Of a stretch of 64,000 nt of DNA, positions 1 through 10,769 are shown piece by piece. Position 1 is the first letter of the stretch. Every line of letters starts with the position of its first letter. The notes beneath the pieces are model-generated. The model saw only the letters and a program-made list of their open reading frames with translations. It was not told the origin of the DNA and made no database searches. The position numbers and the translations under genes are program-made. This DNA comes from Eutreptiella sp. 'Long Island Sound 2002'. Lineage: Eukaryota; Protista; Euglenida. The stretch is from NCBI GenBank assembly GCA_964036045.1, contig OZ038378.1:156240001-156304000 (forward strand), read 5' to 3'.

Positions 1-629
1 CACACACACACACAAGCATAGTGCAAAGGTGCATTGGGCTTTGTGACGAAGTATTTTTGTCATTTCAGCATTTTCCATCGTGTTTTCAAATTTGCAACAC
101 GCAAAAATGCCTTTTGGAAGGCGAAAATGGCCTGAAGACGGACACTTGTGGGCTGCCCAGTGCATGCACATACACAACACCACACCAGCTAATGCTTCAA
201 GTCCCGAAACACGCGTGTGCACAATTTGAGCACATGATCGTTCATGTTATGTTCTTTTGTTTCATTGCCTTGTGTTGGGTGCACGTGTTGTAACCATATT
301 GCACGCATGCCGCCCAAAAGGCATGTTTTTTCTCCGTTTCCGGGGTATGGGGGGCTTAAAACTGTTTCCTTTCATACGTTTGATGAAGCACCACACACAA
401 CAACATCAGAAAAATTGTATATGAAAGGCGCAAGAAGGTAATAATGGACCCCTAATGCTTCCCAAATGCATCCCTGTGTCCGTTGACTGTGACGGGTCAT
501 GCAAAATTTCACATCAACTACTGCAGACCGGGGGTATCAAATATATTGTGGCACCAATATGGCGCGACATTCCCTGGGCATTCTTGCTCAACCCTACAAA
601 ATGATGTACTTCACACAGCCTGTCCTACA

Positions 630-1028
630 ATGGCAGCAAGTGGAGATCCTCAGGTGATTGATGTCGATGCCGAAGATGCCATTATGGATAATAGCAGTGT
701 AGAGCTTTTGATTGGCATTTTGGACGACGTGGCTGTCACCAGTGTTGACAAGGCGCTCGAGCCCCTGAATGGTTTGTGGTATCCGTTTCCAGGAATGAAG
801 AAGCACTATAAATTCGAAATTGGTCTTATCCGAGACACAATGGCTGAGTGCAAGAGGTTCACCCATACAGTGCCGACATATGTAAAAAATGGCCTCAAGA
901 CAGACGAGATTGCTTCCATACAAAATTTCGCATCAATTGGCAACATCAAACAATTCGGGGGTGCCATACTTCTGAATGGCAGAAATTCATGCAAATTTTT
1001 GTATCTATTAAATTTTGGGACGATTTGA
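630..1028 (+). pseudogene. Truncated ORF resembling the N-terminal part of ART-family (ADP-ribosyltransferase-like) proteins
   Basis: ATG at 630. VTSVDKALEPL...GLKTDEIASIQ resembles the vSleeAlepL...gLt.DEsAsI.lYT motif I recall from protist/rotifer ART-domain proteins. The reading frame runs into an inverted-repeat element at 923 and no catalytic R/STS/E region is visible. Confidence 0.3.
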
Positions 1029-1069
1029 TGTGATGTTTTGGGTGATTTTACCAATTGCGTGCGAAATTT
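923..1069. mobile_element. Small inverted-repeat (MITE-like) element
   Basis: AAATTTCGCATCAATTGGCAACATCA at 923 is an imperfect reverse complement of TGATTTTACCAATTGCGTGCGAAATTT ending at 1069. Tandem palindromic CGAAATTT units follow. Confidence 0.45.
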
Positions 1070-2520
1070 CGAAATTTCGAAATTGCGAAACGGCAATTGA
1101 AGCTTTGACATGGATTTAGGACATCTTGTTGCCTGTGGCTGCTTCTGCTCTGCTTGAGTCCTCCGTCTCATTTGATTTGTGTTTGTTCGAATGGAATATG
1201 TGTTACAGAGGTTTGTGTGAATGCTATGGGCCGTGGTATGAGTTATGTCATTTCTGTGGGACGCGAGGCAATCCAATCAAAGACGCAAAAGGAATGGCTT
1301 AATGGGTCGATGACTACACCGAGTCATCGCCACGCGACCCGCTGGACAGTTCATCGGTATGGAGGGTGCCAGAAGGTTCATCCCCTTTGGGAATCTCGGA
1401 CACACCAATGGTTTGGGCGAACCCCCCGGGGTTTTCCAAATTCCCGAAATCAGCGAAAAATGACAATGTTTCTAGTGAAGAAGATGACATCCAGCTGCCC
1501 TTATTGTTTTGCAATCCGGGATGCTTCTGCCTTCAACAAAGCGAAGCAATGTGCCATGCAAGTCTCCCGGTGCCTTGTGTGGCGCCACTTCCTTCACATT
1601 GGGTATGGCACAACATCTCATATGTGCTCACCCTAATAAAGATGTGGTGCTGCTAGATTGGAAGGTTGAGCGCACCACCCCTCAAAAGGCACATCAGAGC
1701 CCATGGTACAAGTTGAGCATGATGCTGTTGTGGGATTTTGCGGCCGTGCCATGCCTAGCCTGCTGAGGATCTGCCATTTGACTTCTTGATCAACTACCGG
1801 GGGTGTGGCCAATGCATGCAGCTTATTTGGGGGCGTGCGCTACATTGGTGATGACATTGAGGAATGGGCACCCCCTGGGGGATCGGTCCCCAAAAACGCA
1901 ATTGCCAATTACCGCCGGCCGGTCATCACTTGATTGATCATGAGATATCGGTGGTGGGCTGTTGATTGCCGCCGGGAGTGGGTTGCCCGCAAGCAACGAG
2001 CAATTGAGCGCCCGCGGTTCCTGGATCCTGCCACTAGTGGTCACACACTTGCTATGACAAAACGAAAAACAAATTCACCCTCGATTGGACAGACCGTGAC
2101 CCATTGAGCCAAGGTATCCAAATTGCCCTATGGACCCCATGATTGTTGTCACTTTGCCGAACTCAACCTGGGACATCCCTCAAGGTTCCATTTGGCAGGA
2201 CGCTTTCTTCGCTGCGGAGCTAAAGCTCGACCACACAATAGAAATGGGGGGCGTGGAGCCGCTACAGGAGCTATCGTCAGTTCATCTTCTAGCTCCTAAG
2301 GTACACAAGTGCTAGTTGTTTGCCACTCAGTAAATTTTGGCTTACATTTTTGACCAACATAAAATCTACAAATTGTGAATGCGCCAATGGCCCGTTGATC
2401 CCTCAGCCGACAAACCACCACACCTTTTGTGGGCGTGCATGCCCCGAGCCCGGAATTGTTCTTGTCAGTGCATCTGTTTGTCTGCACCCCGTAGATTCAT
2501 CTGTTGCCCGTCTTCCCCAA

Positions 2521-3430
2521 ATGTCTGCTGCTGCTGCTGCTGTTGAGGCCCCTGTTGCCCCCATCGTCTGTTCGGTGGTAGACGCAGATACAATCCACGA
2601 GGAAACTCCCAGTGCCACAGTGATCCAGACACGGTTACAGCGAACTCTCGCCCAATACTGCGTAGTGCACCGCGCACAGAGCTACGTAGTGCCGAACATG
2701 TTTAAGTGCCTTTTGGAGCGGCTCTTCGCGTCCCATCTGCAACGGAATGCAACGGAATACTGTCTTCTATACGGCCCTCACCAAACGCTTCAATATCAAG
2801 GCCAAAACGACGAATTCCTGTGTGGGGGACAATTCCCCCTCCAAACACGAGACCATGGGGGGGACGGCCTACAGTAATCTGGCGGTTAGTGCCTTGCCGG
2901 TCGAGGACCGGATTCCCCCTGAGGAACGGCCGGGTCCGGTTACTGTGGAAGATCGTGAGGCCTATGGGGATTGGTTGTTCCTAAGCAAGCACAGCAATGA
3001 CAACAAAGTTGTGCTACCAACCCTCAACTTTGACCATGCCATGGTGGTGGAGTGGTTCAAAAACTCCCAACATTACTCGCCACCCAAGAAGCACCAAGCA
3101 CGGAATCGGCCACCGTTCCCTGCTCTGCTCTTCATGACATGGCCCTACCGCGATCATCGTGTACTTATCAGCGATGCTTTTTGCCAGCATCCGTGTGCAA
3201 CCGTACTGTCGCCGATGCGGTGCAAAATGGTTTGCCCGCATATGCCTGATGTTGGTGCCGCGGGTGACGGGGATGAGGTTGAGGACGGGGGTCAGGCCGT
3301 GGCCGAGGAGAAGGTGATGAGTGCAGACGAAGTGCCCACCGGGGAGTATGTGTGGTACGTGGATGCCGCAAAGGGACAATTCTTTGATGTGGGCAAACCC
3401 TCCCAGTACGAGGCAGGCGGTTTCCTCTAG
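2521..3430 (+). pseudogene. ~299 aa ORF broken by a 10-bp tandem duplication; N-terminal half is winged-helix-like
   Basis: GCAACGGAAT occurs twice in tandem (2739-2748, 2749-2758). Removing one copy fuses ORF 2320-2877 (from ATG 2521) with ORF 2747-3430 into 900 nt ending in TAG. LAQYCVV...MFKCLLE...VFYTALTKRF...GGTAYSNLAV has the pattern of D5-helicase C-terminal/RFX-like winged helices (inference). Confidence 0.5.
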
Positions 3431-3929
3431 GGGTGGCGTTCAAACTGCAGCCTCGACCGTCACCTTCCGTTGCCCCCCCCCCCCCGGAAGAAGAAGCGGA
3501 GTGTCCTGTCGCTGTGGGGCCGGGGGGATGACCGAGGCCGCCGCTCTATTTGCAGATGAGGACCTCGCTCGGGCGCCAATGCACGTTGGACCTTGTCAAC
3601 CTGTACGACCCAACACTTCAAGACCGCAATGGGTAATCGGTAATGGTTTCCTTATAAGATTAGGCTCGGTGCATGCCATGCTTTGAATGCTTCCCATATC
3701 GTGCCGCTGTTCGCGCATTGCGCGCAATAAGTGGTCTTAAGTTTTCTGTGCGCGTGGTTCCATATGCGTGTGACATAATCGTACATGGACTCGTACATGG
3801 TCAATGCACTTAATGTTTCGCTTACTACATGCCAGTGCTGCCAGTGTTCGTGGTTCAGTGTACCTTCAGCGCTGCGTGTCTATCAGGAATAATTCTCCAG
3901 AATGACTTCTGATCTGCAACCACTGCCCC

Positions 3930-4724
3930 ATGGCTGGCGCGAAGCCAATGGGGGTTTTGAGACAGGTGGGCATGGTTGAAAGTTGGTGCAGGTCATTGCA
4001 CGCCCCACCACAAGCCCTTCCAAGGGCGTTCGGGGGATGGTGTTCGAGAACGGGGACAACGGGCCTGGCTGGCTGCAGTCCCTGGTTTCGGACGCGGCGC
4101 CCCACAACCTGGTTTTGCTCCATGCCGCGGGAGGCCCTCGGCAACGATAAAGTGCCGCGACGCGTGCAACAACAGGGGCAAATTGTCCGTTGGATTGTGC
4201 AGGGTGCGAAGCAAAAGGGAAAGGGGCGGGCCAGCGACCGGGATCTCAAGATTCAGTGCGCGAAGGTGAGTAAGGAGGTGAAGCAGCTGCAATCAGAGAT
4301 TGATAAGGAGTTTAAGCAGTACATGCGGCTGGGGGGCCACACGGATGGGTATTTTCGCGCCTTGCACCTGCCGAGCCTGAAGCCGCCGCAACGGCAACTG
4401 GCACAACGGGCAATTACCGGGGTTAAGGAAACGCCGACGGTGCAAGCTCATGCGTGGGTAAGTGGGTTGGAGAGATTGAAGAAACGTGCAGTGTCGCCCT
4501 CCGCAGAACGAAGTGCAGCAAAGCGTGCGCGTGGTGCGTCAAGCCGTGCTGTTTCTAAGGTTGCAAGGGCTGGGCGACCACGGTCTCGTGAGTGCACCCT
4601 TTATAATATTGTGCTAGCAGATCTGGCTGATGGCCCACAGACCACATCAGTGGCCACTAGCCTTCGCGACGACGGCCAGTTTGCGGCTTTGCTCGGCGTT
4701 CATCCTCCCACCTTGGCCCGTTGA
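3930..4724 (+). CDS. Hypothetical basic protein (264 aa ORF; alternative start at 4122)
   Basis: Long GC-rich open frame with a coiled-coil-like segment (CAKVSKEVKQLQSEIDKEFKQYMRL) and a basic NLS-like stretch. No family recognised. Confidence 0.35.
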   Translation: MAGAKPMGVLRQVGMVESWCRSLHAPPQALPRAFGGWCSRTGTTGLAGCSPWFRTRRPTTWFCSMPREALGNDKVPRRVQQQGQIVRWIVQGAKQKGKGRASDRDLKIQCAKVSKEVKQLQSEIDKEFKQYMRLGGHTDGYFRALHLPSLKPPQRQLAQRAITGVKETPTVQAHAWVSGLERLKKRAVSPSAERSAAKRARGASSRAVSKVARAGRPRSRECTLYNIVLADLADGPQTTSVATSLRDDGQFAALLGVHPPTLAR

Positions 4725-5137
4725 TGGGTGTTGCATGCCTGGCTACCCCACACATCATTAGCGGAGAGTTGGATACCCCATGCATTCGTGCTTCCCTACG
4801 ACCTACTGATGTCTTATTGGAAGGAAAGGTAGCTTGCAACTGTGTCTAGCTAGGTTAGTTCGGGTTGCCTACTTCTGAGGGACGTTGGAAAGTGTGTGTC
4901 CAGGGCTCTTCCGGGGGGTTAGTCTAAAAGTAGTGCAAAGGCTCCCCTTAAAGCTGCCTTGGGGCAAGTGAGACCTACCCCAGTGTGTGCCCCTACCATT
5001 GGGGAGCCGACAGTTTGGCTCTCGTTGAATTGTTATTATCCTTGGAGGGCTTGTGGGACCTTTGCTGTTTGGTTACAGAATTATCTAACATATGAGTTTA
5101 GTGGCGAAGCGCATGGCCTACGGGAGACAAGCCAGGC

Positions 5138-6420
5138 TTAAATCCATGCACGTTGCATGGGACCCCGAGGGCCGTGAGGGGCACTAGGCGAATTGAGCAG
5201 GCCTGACCTCGGGGCTCCTACGGCGCGGAAGCGACCTACCTGAAGCGGCGGGCAGCGGAAGCAGTCCGAGCAAGTGAGACGGCAGTGGAGACTGCTATGG
5301 GTTTGCACGGCAGACTTGGTGGGGGGCGCGAGGTTACCGCCACCGGCAGAGAGGGTTGACGTCCGTGAAAGAATTGATCGCATGCTTGAGGACCCGCGTA
5401 TATGAATTAGAGCTCTTGGTTGGATATCGGTGTTGAATGGCCGGGCTTTTTGGGGTTCTCGTTGTAGTCTCTCATCCTTAGTTAGAGCCCGATCTGCAAG
5501 TTTTTCGTCAAAAATGGCAATGGAAGAATCAATGATGCGGATGTGAGGCGCCACATCTTCCGGTGTAGTTTGTTCGGACATCTGCTCGGGGGCTCCACCT
5601 CCGTATCCATAGAGGACCCCCAGGAGCCGTCGGGAAGGAAGCGGAAGATCGACGAGGTCAAAGAGCCCAAGGAGAAGCGCGAGAAGAGAGAACGAATGCA
5701 ACCGACCAGGGGGTTACAAACAAGCCGCAAGGGAGTGATTCCATTATCCGGTCCACTACTTCGTGACTTCCGAGAAGCAACCGAATGAACGTTTGAGGAG
5801 CCGCGTATTTCAACGAGAGCTCCAATTTGGATATCAAAGTCAAATAGCCGGGCTTTTTGGCGTTGTAGTTGTAGTCTCTCATCCTTAGTTAGAGCCCGAT
5901 CTGCAAGTTTTTCGTGAAAAATGGCAATGGAAGAATCAATGATGCGGGTATGAGCCGCCACATCTTGAGGTGCAGTTTATTCAGACATCTGCTGGGGGGC
6001 TCCACCTTCGTAGCCGCAGAGGAACGCAAGGAGCCCTCCTCCACCACCACGTTGGGAACGAACCGGAATATCGACGAGGTCAAGGAGCCCAGGGAAAAGC
6101 GCGAGAAGAGGGAACGAATGGAACGGAGTAGGGGGTTACAAACAAGCCTTAAGGGAGTGCTTACATAACCCGGTCCACTATCAGGTGTTGTCGGAGAAAG
6201 AACCGATTGCACGTTTGAGGAGCCGCGTACTTCAACTAGAGCTCCAATTTGGATATAAGTGTCAAATAGCCGGGCTTTTTGGCGTTGTAGTTGTAGTCTC
6301 TCATTCTTAGTTAAACCCCGATCTGGGAGTTTTTCGTCAAAAATGGCGTCGGAAGTTTCAATGATGCAGATCCGAGCCGCCACATCTTCCGGCATAGTAT
6401 GTTCAGACATTTGCTGTGAA
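5138..6420 (-). repeat. Three diverged tandem copies of a ~410 bp unit with a shared open frame on the minus strand
   Basis: The anchor TCAATGATGC recurs near 5530, 5936 and 6358. Each copy translates as IIDSSIAIFDEKLADRALTKDERLQ(LQ)RQKARLF or a close variant. Confidence 0.8.
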
Positions 6421-6643
6421 GTGACGATTGGAGTTTGCAGTAATGCGACGCCGTCAACCTAGCAGATACAAAACCATAGCAGGCATGTGGACATGTGGTA
6501 CCCGTCTTAGCGGCACATGACCCGGTGTTTTTACAAACCGAAGGATGGAAAACGAATGTGACAATCGTTACCGGGGATACTACTGTCTCGAACATTCAAA
6601 CCACAATCGCTCACGTGTGGGAGATCCCGATTGTATAGCCGGG

Positions 6644-6675
6644 GACACTCCGGCCCTTGCGAGGGCCGGAGTGTC
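6644..6675. other. Perfect 14-bp GC-rich hairpin
   Basis: GACACTCCGGCCCT-TGCG-AGGGCCGGAGTGTC. Confidence 0.9.
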
Positions 6676-7049
6676 TACGAGCACGGAATCACCAAAGATG
6701 CCCTTGTTGATATCCTCCCTAGAGCAAGGGGAGGAATGAAAGGATTCATGCAGACCTAGAAACAAAACACGAGCCGCACCGCCGCCTTGTGGTTCCATGG
6801 GGAACCCGACGCCTTTCGGGACTCCCCTTTGTTGGTAACTATACGACATGGGCAGACATCGGCGCACCATCGCCTACGTGGCAGCTGCATGATAGCCAGC
6901 AACATAGCCTTCCTTCAAGCTGCCATAGAGACTCTTCCGGGGGACAACCTTTGACGACCAAAAGGGCGCCGTGATCACAAGCTATAGACTCTCTTAAGCC
7001 ACACGAGTCAACCAGCAATGACCTCTTGCAGCCATCACAAAAGCTAAAA

Positions 7050-9028
7050 TATCATTTGCATTTAGACAACCTCCCTACATCAATGAGTGAGCCAAGATAC
7101 TCCACTCCGACGAAAGATACGTGTGTCAGTAGCAAGAGATGGTTCAAGCCATGGCGTCCATGCAGCCATGCACGGTCGAAATAAGTGATAGAGTTACCAG
7201 ACCCGACATAGGACGGTGTGTTCTTCGTCCGCTTGCAGAATCCATTGATGCCCTTAAACCAGGAGAATTGGCCTTCCGGGCAGTCCCAAGCAATACGACT
7301 TGGAAGGACAAATGGCACAACAGCTTGCAATGGGTAGGCAATCAACATCAAATCCTCGAAGGATTGGAGCGCAAATTGAAACAACAGACAGCGTACCCAC
7401 CAGTCTCAATCTAGGTTATTTTCGAAACTAGACAAGCACCGGTCGGTGGACCATGTATCACTATCCAATTGGATGAGAGGTATGACATCTTTCCCTGCAA
7501 AAGAAAAGCAAGTAGCATATGTGAAATCGGGCAACATGAAATTAATGAGAGTGGCGCCGTAGGCCGCGCCATTGATGCGTGTCTGCCGTGGACAAATTAC
7601 CTAACTGCACGATTGATCGACTACCTGATTGGTTAACCACATGACGGTTCCCCTAGGTGCCTCTTCTCTTCGAGGTGATCACCACATTCAGTTCAATGTT
7701 ATGCCATGCTGCACTGCAACACAAACCAGATCAGTGCGGAATGTTGCCTTACGTTCGCCACACAGGTGGCCATCAAAAGTTCTTAGGCTGTCTGGGTCAA
7801 CTCGCACCCACCACCCTCCCACAGCGCCGGTTAGTGTCAAAACTCTGGCTATGTGGGCCTCTCCCTCTCTGTGCTTCTTTGTCTTCGCCCTCCCAAGGGG
7901 CCATGTCTTCCTCTTCGCCCTCCCAAGGGGGTTTCTCTTACTCTTCACGCTCCCCACGAGTTTCTCTCTGTCCGTGTCTTCCTGGTGTCTGCCTGATCTT
8001 ACCCCTCCACCTCTACTTGCCCATGCAACTCAGGCGTACCGCCGTTCGCACGGCGGCGCGTTTAGCATCGTGTGCAATGGGAGAGGTAGTGTGTTGCAGG
8101 AAGAAAATGCCAATGCACAGTCTTTCGTGAGGATAAATGCCCCGGCAATGAACTTTGTGCTTGTCGCATCACTATGCATGCGTGGCACACTGCCCGATAG
8201 TTCCTATTCTACTCTATAATGCTCCTTGCATGGCGTGTTGCAAAACAAAGTGACAGTGAAAGTGATAGTGACACTTACACAGACAGTGAGAGTGACAATG
8301 AATTGGGCTCAGCCCTCTATTCGGGGGACTTTGTCGATCACCCACATGCTATCATAACCCTTAAACCAACCTCAAACCAACTTGGCAACCGTCACCTTGT
8401 GCTCACCGATGCAAAATTGGATAGCACAAGCCGATGTCGGTTGCCTGTTGCAACTATGAACATGATCATCGACAGTATGACGGTTCCCAACTATCCAGTT
8501 ATTTCCATGCCACCTTTCCCCAAGGTGCGTCATACTAGTGTGCGGCTTGCGGAGGCCACAAAATGTTGCCTCTTTTGTGACGACCTGGTGTCTTTGCGGC
8601 ATATGCGCAACCATGTAGCCGGTCACTCACAAAAAATGGAGATGGTGGCTGATCAATCTATGCGCTAGATGCAAAGCCGTGCGGTCTTTGTGGCAGAACA
8701 AGAGACACCTTTGTCAACACTTTTGCAGGCCAAAGTGTCAAAGCGAGTTGTCCGAGTGCATGTACCTCCAAACTTGCTGTCGCCAAGAGAAAGAGAGAAA
8801 GTGTCCCAAGTAAATGCCCACTGCCTTTGTGTAGCGCCGTGCCTTGGGCTGTCAATATCAAGTGCCATATGGGCATCGGTGGGCTTGTCAGGCAGTGAAT
8901 GGACACAGGAGGAAGCAGAGGAGGAGCGCACTAGTGTGTGCCCGATGGAAGGGAGTTCTTGCACACACAGGTCAGTGCATTGCCTTCACAGGGACGACAA
9001 CCCACCTCAAAGCCGGGGCCGTTCTTAA
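7050..9028 (+). pseudogene. Degenerate multi-zinc-finger protein gene
   Basis: CLFCDDLVSLRHMRNHVAGH (C2H2-like, ORF 8219-8668). After a frameshift near 8650-8668 it continues as KPCGLCGR...SCPSAC...KCPLPLCSAVPWAVNIKCH. Upstream frames have stops and frameshifts, and there is a 33-bp internal triplication near 7870-7960. Confidence 0.5.
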
Positions 9029-10769
9029 GCCCATTCACACACGAAATGCGTAGACGACCTTGCCCGACTGAAGTGACGGCATCTCCCTTAACGGAATGCA
9101 ATGCACCGCCAGACAGCTGAGTGAACCACCTTGCCCTTAACTGCAGGCTATCTTCATGCCCAAGCCTTCTTTCCTTCAGTACGAAAATTTTCAGTGTGTG
9201 TCACTCATAATTTCGGTGTATTTCGCCTTGACGCCGGCTTCATGTCCAAGAGCCCAGATTGACGGTGTGCTTTCATTTTTTGTATGTGTCTCCTTTTTCC
9301 TGCTTTGTCATTGAAAAGGGGGGAAGTCTCCGAGTAAATCACAGACTGAGAGTACCCCTGCCACGGGTGTGGTGTGGCGATTTTAGGTGGGTTAGTTGCT
9401 AGCCTTGTGGTCTCTCTGATGTGCGCTGTTTGCTGTGTGTCTATGTGTGTGTGTGTGTGTGTGTGTGTGGGCCTCCTAACAGGGCAGTCGCACTTCGCCG
9501 GGCGTTTGGTGTGTTTCGTGTCGGGCGGTCTTTTGGATACCCCACAAAATACACCTCATTTTCGCACCACCCCCGGAACCAGCCCGCCTGCACGGACTCC
9601 AAGGTGAGTGAGACCAAACCCGAGAACCGCACAAACCCCCCCGCCCCAGCACGCCAAATAGAAAGCCTGCACAACGCATAAACAAAAGTCGCCGGCACCA
9701 CCCCCCCTCGTGCTTAGCCCAACTAAACCCCTCAACGGGCCCACCCTGCACCGTGGCCCGGCTACCCCCTCTACTCCCGTAAGATACCCCAACAACGAAC
9801 TCCTCTGCCCTAGCCCCTCTACTCCCCCAAGATAACCGAAAAACAAGCAGGGAGAAATGAACCCAATGCAAGACACGACCCCAAAACAAGCTAACCACAG
9901 AGACGGCAACATAAGGCCGAGGTAAGGTAGGTACGGTAGTCATGAATGCCATCTAATTCAATGCAAGGGATCATCGCTGGGGTGGTACCCAAGCCCTCTG
10001 CTTAGCACGAACAGGTTGCGGATGTTGTCCTTGTTGTGGTGGTTCTTTTTTTTGGGACATGACCATCAACATACACAGGGCGGCAAAGCAATCAATAGAT
10101 GGGAGCATTTGTGGAGGAGGACAGCTAGGAACCATGAACATCACATCATCCGCGGAGACCAAAAGGCCCAAGCAGCGGCAGAGGGGACTCGGGATTGAAG
10201 GTTCCGCCGAGGAACAACGGCGAACCGAGCGCATAAGATCATTTGTAGGTGGAGAGCGGCCCACGAGGTGGCCAAAGAGGCATCGTATGGGAATGGATGC
10301 GGATAGGGAAACAGGAAACACGAGGGTGACTACATCTGCAGACCGAGACTGGCCAAAGAGGTGGCTAAAAACTACGAAACCACGCGGATAGGATGAATGG
10401 ATGACGGGGAGTGGCCCCAAAATGGGCCAAGGATCAAGAAGATGGGAGCATCCGCAAATGCAGAGCCAAAATCAACGGGAATGCAATCATCCATGGACTC
10501 AGAGTGAACACATGGGCGGCAATGGGGTCAACGGATGCGCCCATCCGTGGAGGGAGCTAGGACTCATGTGGATAGGATCATCCATGGCAGGCGGGACCCC
10601 GTATAGACGGCAAACGAGTTAGCTCACGGAAGCCTGCGCGGAGAGGCCAACATGACCCACATGGATAGGATCACCCATGGGTGTATAGCGGCCCTTGATG
10701 GGAGTTGGACACCTCTACTTTCGGTGTCTGCATGTTGGACTCACAATCTACAAGGTAGGATAGGCCCGC

